Source: Eledone cirrhosa (Eukaryota). From it: DNA of 64,000 nucleotides. The notes below the pieces were generated by a model. The model had not been told where the DNA came from and ran no database searches. It was given only the letters and a program-made list of their open reading frames with translations. The DNA lies in contig OZ024740.1 in NCBI GenBank assembly GCA_964016885.1, positions 196,602,001 through 196,666,000 on the forward strand, given 5' to 3'. How positions within the stretch are numbered: position 1 is the stretch's first letter; each line of letters opens with the position of its first letter. The translations under genes were made by a program, and so were the position numbers. Below are positions 53,706 through 64,000 of this stretch, piece after piece.

Positions 53706-54621
53706 CAGGGTGCGGACGATATTTGTTTGCAAGATTACTGTCTAGGAAAAAGTAACACAGTAGGCGCGGATTCGAAGAAGAACTCTGTGTCTCTTCCACA
53801 AATTTGGATGTTCAAAATTATTCATAATCACTTATTCTAAAAATAAATAATGGAAATATAGTCACTGCTTTTATGAAGACAAGAGTGACAACGGAAGTAA
53901 AAAAAAAATTTGCATAAAATTAGCAGTTGAAAATTGCGAACAAATATCGTCCACACCCTGTGAGTTCTTCTTTTCTCAGCGTCAGCAGGAGAATGGTGTC
54001 TCATCCAAATACGTGCCCAGAGTCATGTAGACAAAGTTTCCAGCGACAACATTGGTCTTAGGTGTCGTCAGCAGTCATGGTGACATCATGCCACCTCACT
54101 TCTTCCCCGAGGGCCTCAAGCTGAACACCGATGGCTACATCCGCGTTCTGAGTGAGGTAGTAAAGCCCTGGATTGACCAGGTAGCTGCAGGTAGGCCGTA
54201 CGTGTGGCAGCAAGACTCAGTGCCCTGCCATACCAACCGAAAGACCCAAGCCTGGCTGTCAGAGAACTTTGTCGACCACACTTCACCTGACATCTGGCCT
54301 CCCAGCTCGCCTGACTGCAACCCCCTTGACTTCTTTGTGTGGGGCGCAGTGGAACGAGACACCAACAGATCTAGCAGCAATATGAAAGACGATCTGAAGG
54401 CCAGGATCACAAGTGCCTTTAGGTGACGAAGGCCTGTAGCTGGTTCCGAGGCGGCCTTGAGGCCATCATCAAAGCCAATGGCAGGTTTATCGAGTGAGAT
54501 CGAAAGAACAAGTCATGAAGACAAACTGACCCAAGTTTGATAAATATATCTTAAAAAATAAAACTACTGTATTATTTTTTCCTAGACAGTAATCTTGCGA
54601 ACAGATATCATCTGCACCTTG
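53706..54621 (+). mobile_element. Tc1/mariner DD37D (maT) transposon remnant with three TIRs
   Basis: TA|CAGGGTGCGGACGATATTTG... and ...GATATCATCTGCACCTTG|TA termini. ORF 54052-54426 reads WQQD-x37-D (WPPSSPDCNPLDFFVW). An internal inverted TIR ends at 53960. Confidence 0.88.
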
Positions 54622-55274
54622 TATATACATATGTATATATTCAATATTATTAAGGCTAAAAAGTGAGTCTTGTCTGACGACCCTGTGATAAACAGGCGAA
54701 ACTCCAGAGTAACAAGATTCACATTTTAGCCTAAATAATATTGAATATTAAAACTCTGCTTCGGTATTGAGTATTCCTTTCTCTCAGATGTCAACCACAT
54801 ACAGATATCTTGAATGGAATACTTTTGATTATAGGTTAGTTCAAACAGGTTTGTTGAAAAAAAAAGATAAAACTCTTTCTTGAGACAAGAGACACATTAA
54901 GCCAGAACTTATCTCAGTTTCATGTGATGTTCAGTGACTGAGGGGTAAGATTGTCCTAGACAGAATGGGATGCCAGTCTGTTTCAAGGTCAACCCCCAAC
55001 TGTTGCTGGTACTCCTTTGTCAGCTAAGTGGACTGGAGCAATGGGATGTGCCCATGACCTCAGGATCAAAATCTCAACACTCTAACTTCTAGGCTGTATG
55101 CCTTCACACCATGCATGTGTGTGTATATTCTTTCTGTGTTTGTTTGTGTATATATGAGCTATCATCTAATCCATGCTAGCATGGAAAAATGGACGTAAAA
55201 CAGCAATGATGATGATGATGATGATATGTATATTTGTGTTTTATTGACATTTTTTTCTATAATCTATATTTAAG

Positions 55275-55402
55275 ATGGATCAAAAATATATAAGAAAAAA
55301 CCGAATGAGAACAAGGTCCATTTTTTGGTTTTAACTAATTTTACTGGTGAAAGGTCATATGCAACATGCCTGACATTCTTCCGAGAGTACCAAGCTACTT
55401 TG
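55275..55402 (+). CDS. DENND3: DENND3-like coding exon 3
   Basis: DGSKIYKKKPNENKVHFLVLTNFTGERSYATCLTFFREYQATL with AG/GT boundaries, phase 1 to 0. Contains the uDENN HFLVLT..G.R.Y motif. Confidence 0.92.
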
Positions 55403-56417
55403 GTAAGTTACCTTTGTCAAAGTCTGCAAAAATATTTCTACATTCTGCATAAATCAGTCATATTCTTGGCTAATTAAAGCCATTTAAAAAAAGTAATTGT
55501 CATGACAGAATCTCTTCCTCTAATTATTATTATTATTATTTGAAACTAAGAGCAGTGGATTGGCAGTATTGGTAGAACATCAGACAACATGCTTTGCATA
55601 TAGCATATAGCTATGTTTCTTTATGTTCTAATTTCAAATCCTGCCAAGGTTAATTTAGCCTTTCATCCTTACAGAGGCAATAAGATAAAGTACCAGTAAT
55701 ACACCAGGTAATGCACAGCACCATTTATAAGCAAGATGCAGGCCCCAGCCTGTCAGAGCAATCGATCAAGTATGGGAATGTTTGTGAGATGCAGTTTCCC
55801 TCCTTGCCTATCTTGGAGGTCAGTAGCTTCACTTAAGTACTGACCAGTCTGTGATGACACATCTGACACATGCTAACAAAAAAAAAAAAGCACATTAAAT
55901 GATGACGTTATAGGCACATGCATGGCTGTGTGTTTAAGTAATTCACTTTTATCCCACTGTGTGGCACCTTGGGGAAAGTGTCTTCTAGAACCTTTGGTTA
56001 ATAAAATCTTTTTGAGTGAATTTGGTAGACGAAACTGTGAGGAAGCCCCTTGTATATGTGTATTTCTATGTGTCTGGATATCGTTACCATTTAAAGTAAG
56101 GGGTGATATAAAAAACAACACATCCCACAAATTGGTGGTTCAATGGATGTTGATAGTATATATATACTTAAACATATATTTTAGCATCAAGAAAGACTGT
56201 AGAAAAACTATAACAAAAAGTTTCATCCATTCCATGACAGCATGGAAAAGTAGACATAAAAAAACATAAAAACAGTCATACTTTTAGCATGAACTATGTT
56301 CAGGTAAAGTGATGGAACTACCAATAAATGTCATGATTCTTTACTAAATATTGGATTCCTTTAAGCCATAACACCAATCTAACTATACTACTAATATACT
56401 ATTATTGTCTATTGTAG

Positions 56418-56599
56418 AATGCTGATGGCTCAATATCTCTGGAACAAAAACAAGAGCAGCAGGAAATGGAGTCAGATGCATGTTCTTCCAACTCAGAAAG
56501 CTCCTCCATGTTTTCATCTCTCATAGTCTACATACCACAATGTTGTACCTTAGTCTCCAAACAGCCTTATTTCACTGTAATGAAAGAATGCTTGTCATT
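56418..56599 (+). CDS. DENND3: DENND3-like coding exon 4
   Basis: NADGSISLEQ...VYIPQCCTLVSKQPYFTVMKECLS, phase 0 to 2 (donor gttagt). Confidence 0.9.
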
Positions 56600-57272
56600 G
56601 TTAGTCAACTTTTATACTTATCATTTCTATTATTAACATTTCTCTTGTAGAACAGTGGATTGACAGAATCTTTAATGTCAGATATGATACATTTACATAT
56701 TTGTACTGGCTATTTATGATCTAAGTTCAAATCTTGCCAAAATCGATTTTGCCTTTCATCCTTGCGGAATTGATAAATAAAATATCTACCAACTACTGAG
56801 GTTTATAGTCGGCTTATAACCTTCTCCAAATTGCTGGCCTTGTACCAAAATTAGAAACCAGAAAGGCCAAGTTAATCCCTTTAAGGTTAACTTTGCCTTC
56901 ATCCTTCAAAGGTTAATAAAATATAGTATCATTCATGTACTGGGGTCAATTTATACAAATTAAACTGGTCATTTCAGTTGAGTCGTGATCTGTGTCTAAT
57001 ATAAACAGCCATAAACTACCAAATCTTCTGCAGGCAGACAACATGGCTACTTTTTCACTAATGAATTGCCAGAACAAGATGAAACTAGTCAGGACAATCT
57101 TGAAACTTCTCTTCCCATGGAGGGATATAAACATTTGTTTACACTTTTTTATATTTCATAGCCAGACTAAAAGCTTAGGTTTGCCTGCACTAAATTTCAT
57201 AACCCATGCAAACATGGAAAAAGATGTTAAACAGTGATGATGATACATGCAACAAGCATTTTAAAGCTATTT

Positions 57273-57567
57273 AAGGGAAGTAGCTGGAATTACTTCCTGT
57301 TGAATTCTAGAGGATTCCTTTAACTTCCGGTCTTGGGATTATCACGTTGGGTCACCACTTTAGTGAAGCTGGTCGCAGGGTTATTTACTTTGGTAAACAC
57401 CACTGCAGGCCAACCACTAATATAATAAGATTAACAAACTCGCTCATGAGTGAACTGTCCGAGAGCCCGGCGCCAAATAAGCCAAGATGTCTCTTTTCTC
57501 CCTCCTAGACCGGAAGTTAAAGGAATCCTCTAGAATTCAACGGGAAATAACTCCAGCTACTTCCCTT
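57273..57567. mobile_element. MITE with ~60-bp TIRs (intronic)
   Basis: AAGGGAAGTAGCTGG...CTTCCGGTCT at 57273-57333 is inverted at 57507-57567. Confidence 0.8.
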
Positions 57568-58205
57568 TGTCTAGAAAACGCTACACTATCAAAAAAGGGT
57601 GTCCTTTTTGAGGCAGCATTTTATTATTGAATGCACTTACTGACACCAACCCTTTTTATAGCCTCTTACAACACACAGGGATATGGTGAACCTATTCTAA
57701 ACCAGACACATCCCCTCCACAGAGAGAGATAGAGATAGAAAGATACAGACAGAGATAGAGATAAACAGACAGATATGTAATGTTCAACCTTCACTAGCAA
57801 TCAAATTCCACTATTAATGGAATCTATTAAAAAACCCATTATATATAGATAGTGAAAAGTCTATATTTATAAGTAAAATCTTAGATTCATGACAAAATAA
57901 CAGCCAATAGTTGTTGAAATTACACTTGAATTTTAAAACATAAATTTCTGAGCTGAGAAACTTTCTCTTTTAAAGACAAAATGTTTTATGAACTCAGTAC
58001 ATACCTTACTTTAGAAAGGATAAAAATCTATTGTAGATTAATATTCTCAAGAGTACTTGAGTTGACACAAATAATATTAAGATACAATATAATGTTTGTA
58101 GTAGAATATAGTCACTTGAAATCAAGTACATAGATATGTTTTGTGTGTGTATGGTTCTTTATGTCAGAAATATCAAAGTAGATATGAAATTTTGTTTCAT
58201 TTCAG

Positions 58206-58320
58206 GCTGATCAACAAAGTAGAAGTCCTACATGATCACACAGTTCAAACTCGAGAATTCCAGAAATATATTCGACAGCTCAGTCTGACACCAATACCTC
58301 CTGTTGGGCCATTATCTGTG
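58206..58320 (+). CDS. DENND3: DENND3-like coding exon 5
   Basis: LINKVEVLHDHTVQTREFQKYIRQLSLTPIPPVGPLSV, phase 2 to 0. Confidence 0.92.
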
Positions 58321-58804
58321 GTAATTTTTCCATATTGTTTTTATGATTAAATGATTGATTGATGAGCAAGTTTATAGCCTATCATTAACTCTTAGCAAGC
58401 TCAATAAACTAGTAAATTTTTAACTACCCAGTACACTCTGTAAAGCAGTTGGTGGTAGGACGGGCATCTAGCCATCGAAAATCTGTCAAACAAAGGGTCA
58501 GGGGCACTCTCTTCAGCTATATCAAGGACATGACAACTTCCCTAGTGCTGGTGCCAAGATAAAATACACTCAGTATAGTGTAGGAATGTATGTAAGTGAG
58601 ATGCAGGCCCCTGGCCTATCTGAGCATTCAGCGGAATGCAGGAACTATGGTCATTAGCTTCTCCCACCTACTTCACCAGTCATGGAGACCCTAAAAAGGT
58701 AATAACTAATTCTGTCCTGATTGAAACACAAAAATAATCTATATTCCCTATCCAGTGCCTTGAATTAATTTTTTTTTCTTAAAATACAATAAAATTTATT
58801 AGTA

Positions 58805-59030
58805 GAGGCATGTGGCCTAGTGGTAAAGGTGTTGAACTCACAATCATAATGTCATGGGTTCAATTCCTGGCCTGGGTTATGTCTTGTGTTCTTAAGCAAA
58901 ACTCTTCGTTTCACATTGCTCCAGCATACTCAGCTGAAAATGAGTACCAGCAATAACTCAGTCACTTCACACCATGAAAACCGAGATAAGCACCAGCCTG
59001 TTGAGCTTCCAGGCTTGAGATAGACTTTAG
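58805..59030 (+). mobile_element. tRNA-headed CORE-like SINE
   Basis: GTGGCCTAGTGG A-box, GGTTCAATTCC B-box and a TGTGTTCTTAAGCAA core-like segment. An inverted copy lies at 63395-63530. Confidence 0.7.
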
Positions 59031-59107
59031 ACTTTTTAACATTTATTCAGTCATTGATATGTATAAATACAATATTGGAAGTAAATCACACGTTCTTTCA
59101 TTACTAG

Positions 59108-59305
59108 AGTCTATATTTGTTTGGTCACAAGATAACCATCCACCCTCCCAGGCATTCCAGTTTATCAGTCTTTGATCTACCTTACAACTTGGTATTCATC
59201 TGTTTCTCATTAGAAACAATCATCAAGATTTTAACATGTATTCTCACAGAAAAACAGATTGTCTTCGTATCATCCAGTTTTGGTCTGCTGACAATTATCA
59301 CTGAG
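59108..59305 (+). CDS. DENND3: DENND3-like coding exon 6 (cDENN)
   Basis: SLYLFGHKIT...CFSLETIIKILTCILTEKQIVFVSSSFGLLTIITE, phase 0 to 0. ILTCILTE is DENND3-like. Confidence 0.95.
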
Positions 59306-59869
59306 GTAAGATAGATATATTGTTATATTTGAGGAAGGTCATGTTGTTATAATATTGCCAGAAAAATATAGTAAAACACACTCACTGTTTGGTTTGGGTT
59401 GATTTTCACTTCAGTATATTTTTTTAAAATAATTTCATAATTAATTCAGCTGCCAATCAATGTTTATCATTGATTGACCAACAGTTAAAAATATAGATAT
59501 AAATATACTTTCTGATTACTGCAATCTTCCAGAAAATTCTGAAAATGTTTCATTCCATTAAAAGAAAAAGAAATGACAAACAAACAAAAATGTTGTTGTA
59601 AATCTCTTTTTCTGAAGGAAATGGAATGTGAAAGATAACAAGAGAAAAATACAAAAACAAAAGACTCCTAAATGAAAAATCAATTCAAATAATATTGCTT
59701 AGACTATTTGGAAGTAATGACATTAGGGAAACAAACATAGGCTGAGTAGAACCTCATACATTCATGGGCATGGTTTTTGGTGAGTTTGCTGGATGTGTCA
59801 GTTGTTGTCAGGCACCCAGTGTGTGAGGTGCTGTACTATTTATGTATTGCATTTTCATTTCACTCGATC

Positions 59870-60135
59870 CTGCCAGCAAGGATCCTGAGTTCCTGAATAC
59901 TGTGATAACTGGAGATGAGACATAGGTGTATATGTATGACCTAGAAATCAAAGCTGAATCATCACAGTGGAAACATTAATTGTCATCGAGGCCCATGACA
60001 GCATGTCAGGTGCAGAGCAAAATCAAGATGTTGCTGATTGCTTTCTAAGACTATGCAGGTGTTGTACATCATGAATACACACCAAAAAGACAAACAGTTA
60101 CAAAGGAGTACTAGCAGGAAGTTATCCTGAGAGGA
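59870..60135 (+). mobile_element. Mariner transposase fragment
   Basis: DPEFLNTVITGDET*VYMYDLEIKAESSQWK motif. Confidence 0.75.
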
Positions 60136-61404
60136 AGTCATCCTGTGACCACCACCCCTCACCAACAAGGATGAAAAGCAAAGTCAACCTTGGCAGGGTT
60201 TGAATTCAAAACAAAAGTGAGATAACTAAAAACTACAAGACATTTTGTAGATGACTCTACTTACTCTACCAATTTTGTACTAAATGTTCTGAAGTTCTTT
60301 GTTGGTAAAAAGATACCCCACCATCGAAAAAAAAACTCTTTTTATCAAATGAACATGATAAAATCCAATGTATATGTACATCTTTTGCTGTTATATATCA
60401 ACAAAAGTTATACACATCACTGAGAAATAACGATAAACTGGTGCTTTAATAAAAACAAAAACAACAAAAAAAACCTTTATAGTATTTGTTCTGCCCAAGT
60501 TGTACACATGCTCCCTTGATACTTCTGGATGCACAAATGCAGCAAACCAGTGATTGGCCCCATTGGAAATGTGTAACCAATGTTCATAAAATGTAAAATG
60601 TTTCATTTTAAATAAGCCATTTAAAAAAAAAAAAACCTCTATGTACTTGAGCAATTGGGTACAGATACATTGAATAATGTATTCCTTGATAAACTATATA
60701 TAAAAAAAAAAGACAGGCTGGTCACACCTGGAACACCTTTGACAGTAGGTCTGCTAGATCAGGACTGACTATTAAGAAATGAAATATATTTTCAATTTTA
60801 GTTCTTTATTATATTTATGTATTTTATTTTATTTATTATTATTTATTGTATTTGATATTTATTATTTTATCATATTTATTAATTTTAATTTTATTTATTT
60901 TTTCACTCTTTATATTTTAATTATTTTTTTTAAATGTTATCCATTTGTTATTTATCATATTTATTAATTTATATTTTATAGATTTTTTATTCTATTTGAT
61001 TATTATTTTATCTTTTTTTTAATTTTATTTATTAGTTTTTATTTTATTTACTGTATTTATATTATCATTGGCAGAGCGTCAGACACTATGCTTTTCAGCA
61101 TAGAGTTATGGCCCTTTACGTTCTGAGTTCAAATCCCACTGAGGTTAACTTTGCTTTTCATCCTTATGGGATCAATAAAATAAAGTACCAGTAATGGCCT
61201 TGAGCTAAAAGTAGAAACAATTATTTTTTATTTTATTTGATTATTATTTTATCTATTTTTTATTAGTTTTTATTTTAGTTACTGTATTTATATTTATTTT
61301 GTATTTCATTTATTGTTTTTTTATTTTATTACTTTATATATTTACCTATTTCTTCCTTTTATTTTATTTATCTATTCATTTTATAAATATTTCTTTTTTC
61401 ACAG

Positions 61405-61545
61405 ACATTCTGTTCGTTTATCCACCCATTCAAGTGGGAACATGCTTACGTACCAATTGTTCCTCATTTATGTTTAGAACTGTTAGATGCACCAGTTCCA
61501 TTTATCATGGGTTGTCATGTGAAACATCTCAACACAGTCAAAAAG
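61405..61545 (+). CDS. DENND3: DENND3-like coding exon 7
   Basis: TFCSFIHPFKWEHAYVPIVPHLCLELLDAPVPFIMGCHVKHLNTVKK, containing the cDENN PF.W.H.YVP...AP.PF.MG motif; phase 0 to 0. Confidence 0.95.
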
Positions 61546-62263
61546 GTATACAATACATTAAGTACACTAGTGATAACATCCTTTGCTGTTCCCGCACCTC
61601 CTCTACAGCTATGTATGGTCCCTTAGACTGGGCATCCACGCAAAATTACAGAAATATATTGTCTGTCAATATTGAAGGATCAATCGACAAGATCTCAGAC
61701 CTTGCCAAATGGGGTGGACCTTGTCAAATCGGACCAAGGAAACAAGGTTTCCATTTCTGATACTATCTACCGGTTGCAACTCCTGGCAGAAGGAGCAACA
61801 GGAAATAAAGTATCTTGCTCAGGGACACAACATATCACCAGGTCCGAGAATTGAACTCACAACATCACTGTCAATTAACTCTTAACATCTTGTATTGATT
61901 TAGCAGAAAATGTCAAATATGTGTTTGTTTCCTAATTCAAGTGTTTATAGTATCTTCACTAGTGGACAAATTGTTTGAATATTTGCAGTATTAAAATAAA
62001 GATTTTTATTTTTAATGTGATGTTGTCATAATACGGTTTTATACTTTTCAAAAATATCTTGCTAATGTGGTTTCATGTGGTACAGGACTTGACGCAATAA
62101 TGGAGAGAGTATGTGCTGTATAGAACAGAAAAGTGACAATTTTAAACAAAACAGGTTGTTCTGTAAATCAACTGTGTACCTTGGCATCTTCTATGTCTTT
62201 TATATACATGAGAGCTCATAACATATAATATTTGCCTAACCTTTATGATGGGTGCGTCCAACA

Positions 62264-62437
62264 AAAATATATATATGTATATATTTATGTGTGTGTGTAT
62301 ATATACGTGTGTGTTTGTATATATATATGTGTGTGTGTGTATAAGTGTATGTGTGTGTGTGTGCATATATGTATAAATATATATGTGTGTGTGTGTGTGT
62401 TTGTGCGTACATGTGTATATGTGTGTGTGCATATATG

Positions 62438-62476
<39 letters not shown>

Positions 62477-62872
62477 ATGTATATATGTGTGTGTGTGTGT
62501 GTATGTATATATGTGTGTGTGTGTGTGTATGTATATATGTGTGTGTGTGTGTGTATGTATATATGTGTGTGTGTGTATGTATATATGTGTGTGTGTGTGT
62601 ATGTATATATGTGTGTGTGTGTATGTATATATGTGTGTGTGTGTGTATGTATATATGTGTGTGTGTGTGTATGTATATATGTGTGTGTGTGTGTGTGTGT
62701 GTATGTATATATGTGTGTGTGTGTGTGTGTGTATGTATATATGTGTGTGTGTGTGTGTGTGTGTATGTATATATGTGTGTGTGTGTGTGTGTATGTATAT
62801 ATGTGTGTGTGTGTATGTATGTGTGTGTGTGTGTGTGTGTGTGTATGTATATGTGTGTGTGTGTGTGTATGT

Positions 62873-62904
<32 letters not shown>

Positions 62905-62931
62905 GTGTGTGTATGTATATGTGTGTGTGTA

Positions 62932-62962
<31 letters not shown>

Positions 62963-63035
62963 ATGTATATGTGTGTGTGTGTGTGTGTGTGTATGTATAT
63001 GTGTGTGTGTGTGTGTGTGTGTATGTATATATGTG

Positions 63036-63070
<35 letters not shown>

Positions 63071-63096
63071 ATGTGCATATATAGATATAGATATAT
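62264..63096. repeat. Compound (TG)n/(TA)n higher-order minisatellite
   Basis: Repeated unit GTATGTATATAT(GT)n. Confidence 0.95.
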
Positions 63097-63806
63097 CATC
63101 ATCACCGTTTTACGTCCGTTCTTCCACGCTAGCATGGGTTAGACCGGTTGTCCTGTTGTGGGCAGTGTCTGGTCGGCTGACCTTGTCTTGCTCATACGGG
63201 AACTGATTCTGGCTTGATTTCTACAGCTGGATGCCCTTCCTAACACCAACCTCATTTACAGTGACTGCTGGGTGCTTTTTTTTTTTTTTTTGTGGCGCCT
63301 ACACGTCCACTTTAAAGTGAGTGCTGGGTGCTTTTTTGCCGTGGTACCTCCACGACCACTTTGCAGTGGAATGATAGGGACTCCAGTCCTATCATCTCAT
63401 TTCTACAGCTGAGTAAACTGGAGTAATGTGAAATAGTGTCTTGCTCAAGGAAACAACACAACAGCCGGTCCGAGAATTGAACTCACAACCTTTTGATTGC
63501 AAGCCCAATACTCTAACCACTAAGCCATGCGTATATATATATATATGATGGTGTGTGTATATATGTATATATATATATATATGATGGTGTGTGTATATAT
63601 GTATATATATATATATATATATGATGGTGTGTGTATATATGTATATATATATATATGTGCATGTATTTTCCCTATACACACTGTGTATATATATATATAT
63701 ATATATATATTTCATATTCATAATTAGAATGTGGAAGGAGGTGAAGTAGCAATTATATTGCCTGTGTGTATACATTTCTGTCATTTCTTTCTTATTACAA
63801 CTTTAG

Positions 63807-63961
63807 ATTGAGAACGTAATTGTTGTGAACATTGATGAAGGATCAGTTAACCTGGACAATGCTACAACCATAATCCCTGAAATGCCACAGGAACCAGTCA
63901 AACTACTAAAAAGTGTCTATGAGAAAATTCACTTTAACTTTGACTTGATGGAAGCAGTAAC
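63807..63961 (+). CDS. DENND3: DENND3-like coding exon 8 (gene continues beyond the window)
   Basis: IENVIVVNIDEGSVNL...IPEMPQEPVKLLKSVYEKIHFNFDLMEAV, acceptor ctttAG, donor gtaagt (phase 2). Confidence 0.92.
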
Positions 63962-64000
63962 GTAAGTGAAATAGTATGTGTAGTATTGTAATTGTTGGTG

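Noticed and set aside
61299-61760. 153-aa ORF overlapping DENND3 exon 7
   Set aside because: It is in a different frame from the conserved DENN sequence and starts in low-complexity T-rich intron.

Overview
AT-rich, microsatellite-dense eukaryotic genomic DNA. The SINE and repeat content looks cephalopod (Octopus-like; this is an inference). The right third holds eight consecutive phase-consistent coding exons of a DENN-domain Rab GEF, most similar to DENND3 (+ strand, ATG at 49228, running off the window end). The rest is mostly transposable elements. There is a near-intact CsRn1/Kabuki-type Ty3/gypsy LTR retrotransposon (20738-26548, - strand) with a related solo LTR. There are also a degenerate hAT transposon, Helitron remnants, CR1, RTE and CRE-like LINE fragments, maT/mariner/pogo remnants, several MITEs, many tRNA-derived SINEs and Penelope-like elements (PLEs). 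Three things stand out. (1) About ten hammerhead ribozyme (HHR) motifs sit in PLE-type termini abutting (TA)n runs, and fold-back duplications repeatedly pivot at HHR stem II. (2) A repeat family carries a complete HHR core whose three strands are in a non-canonical, pseudoknotted order, with compensatory changes between copies. (3) An orphan terminal exon encodes a C-C-CC-C-C knottin-like peptide.
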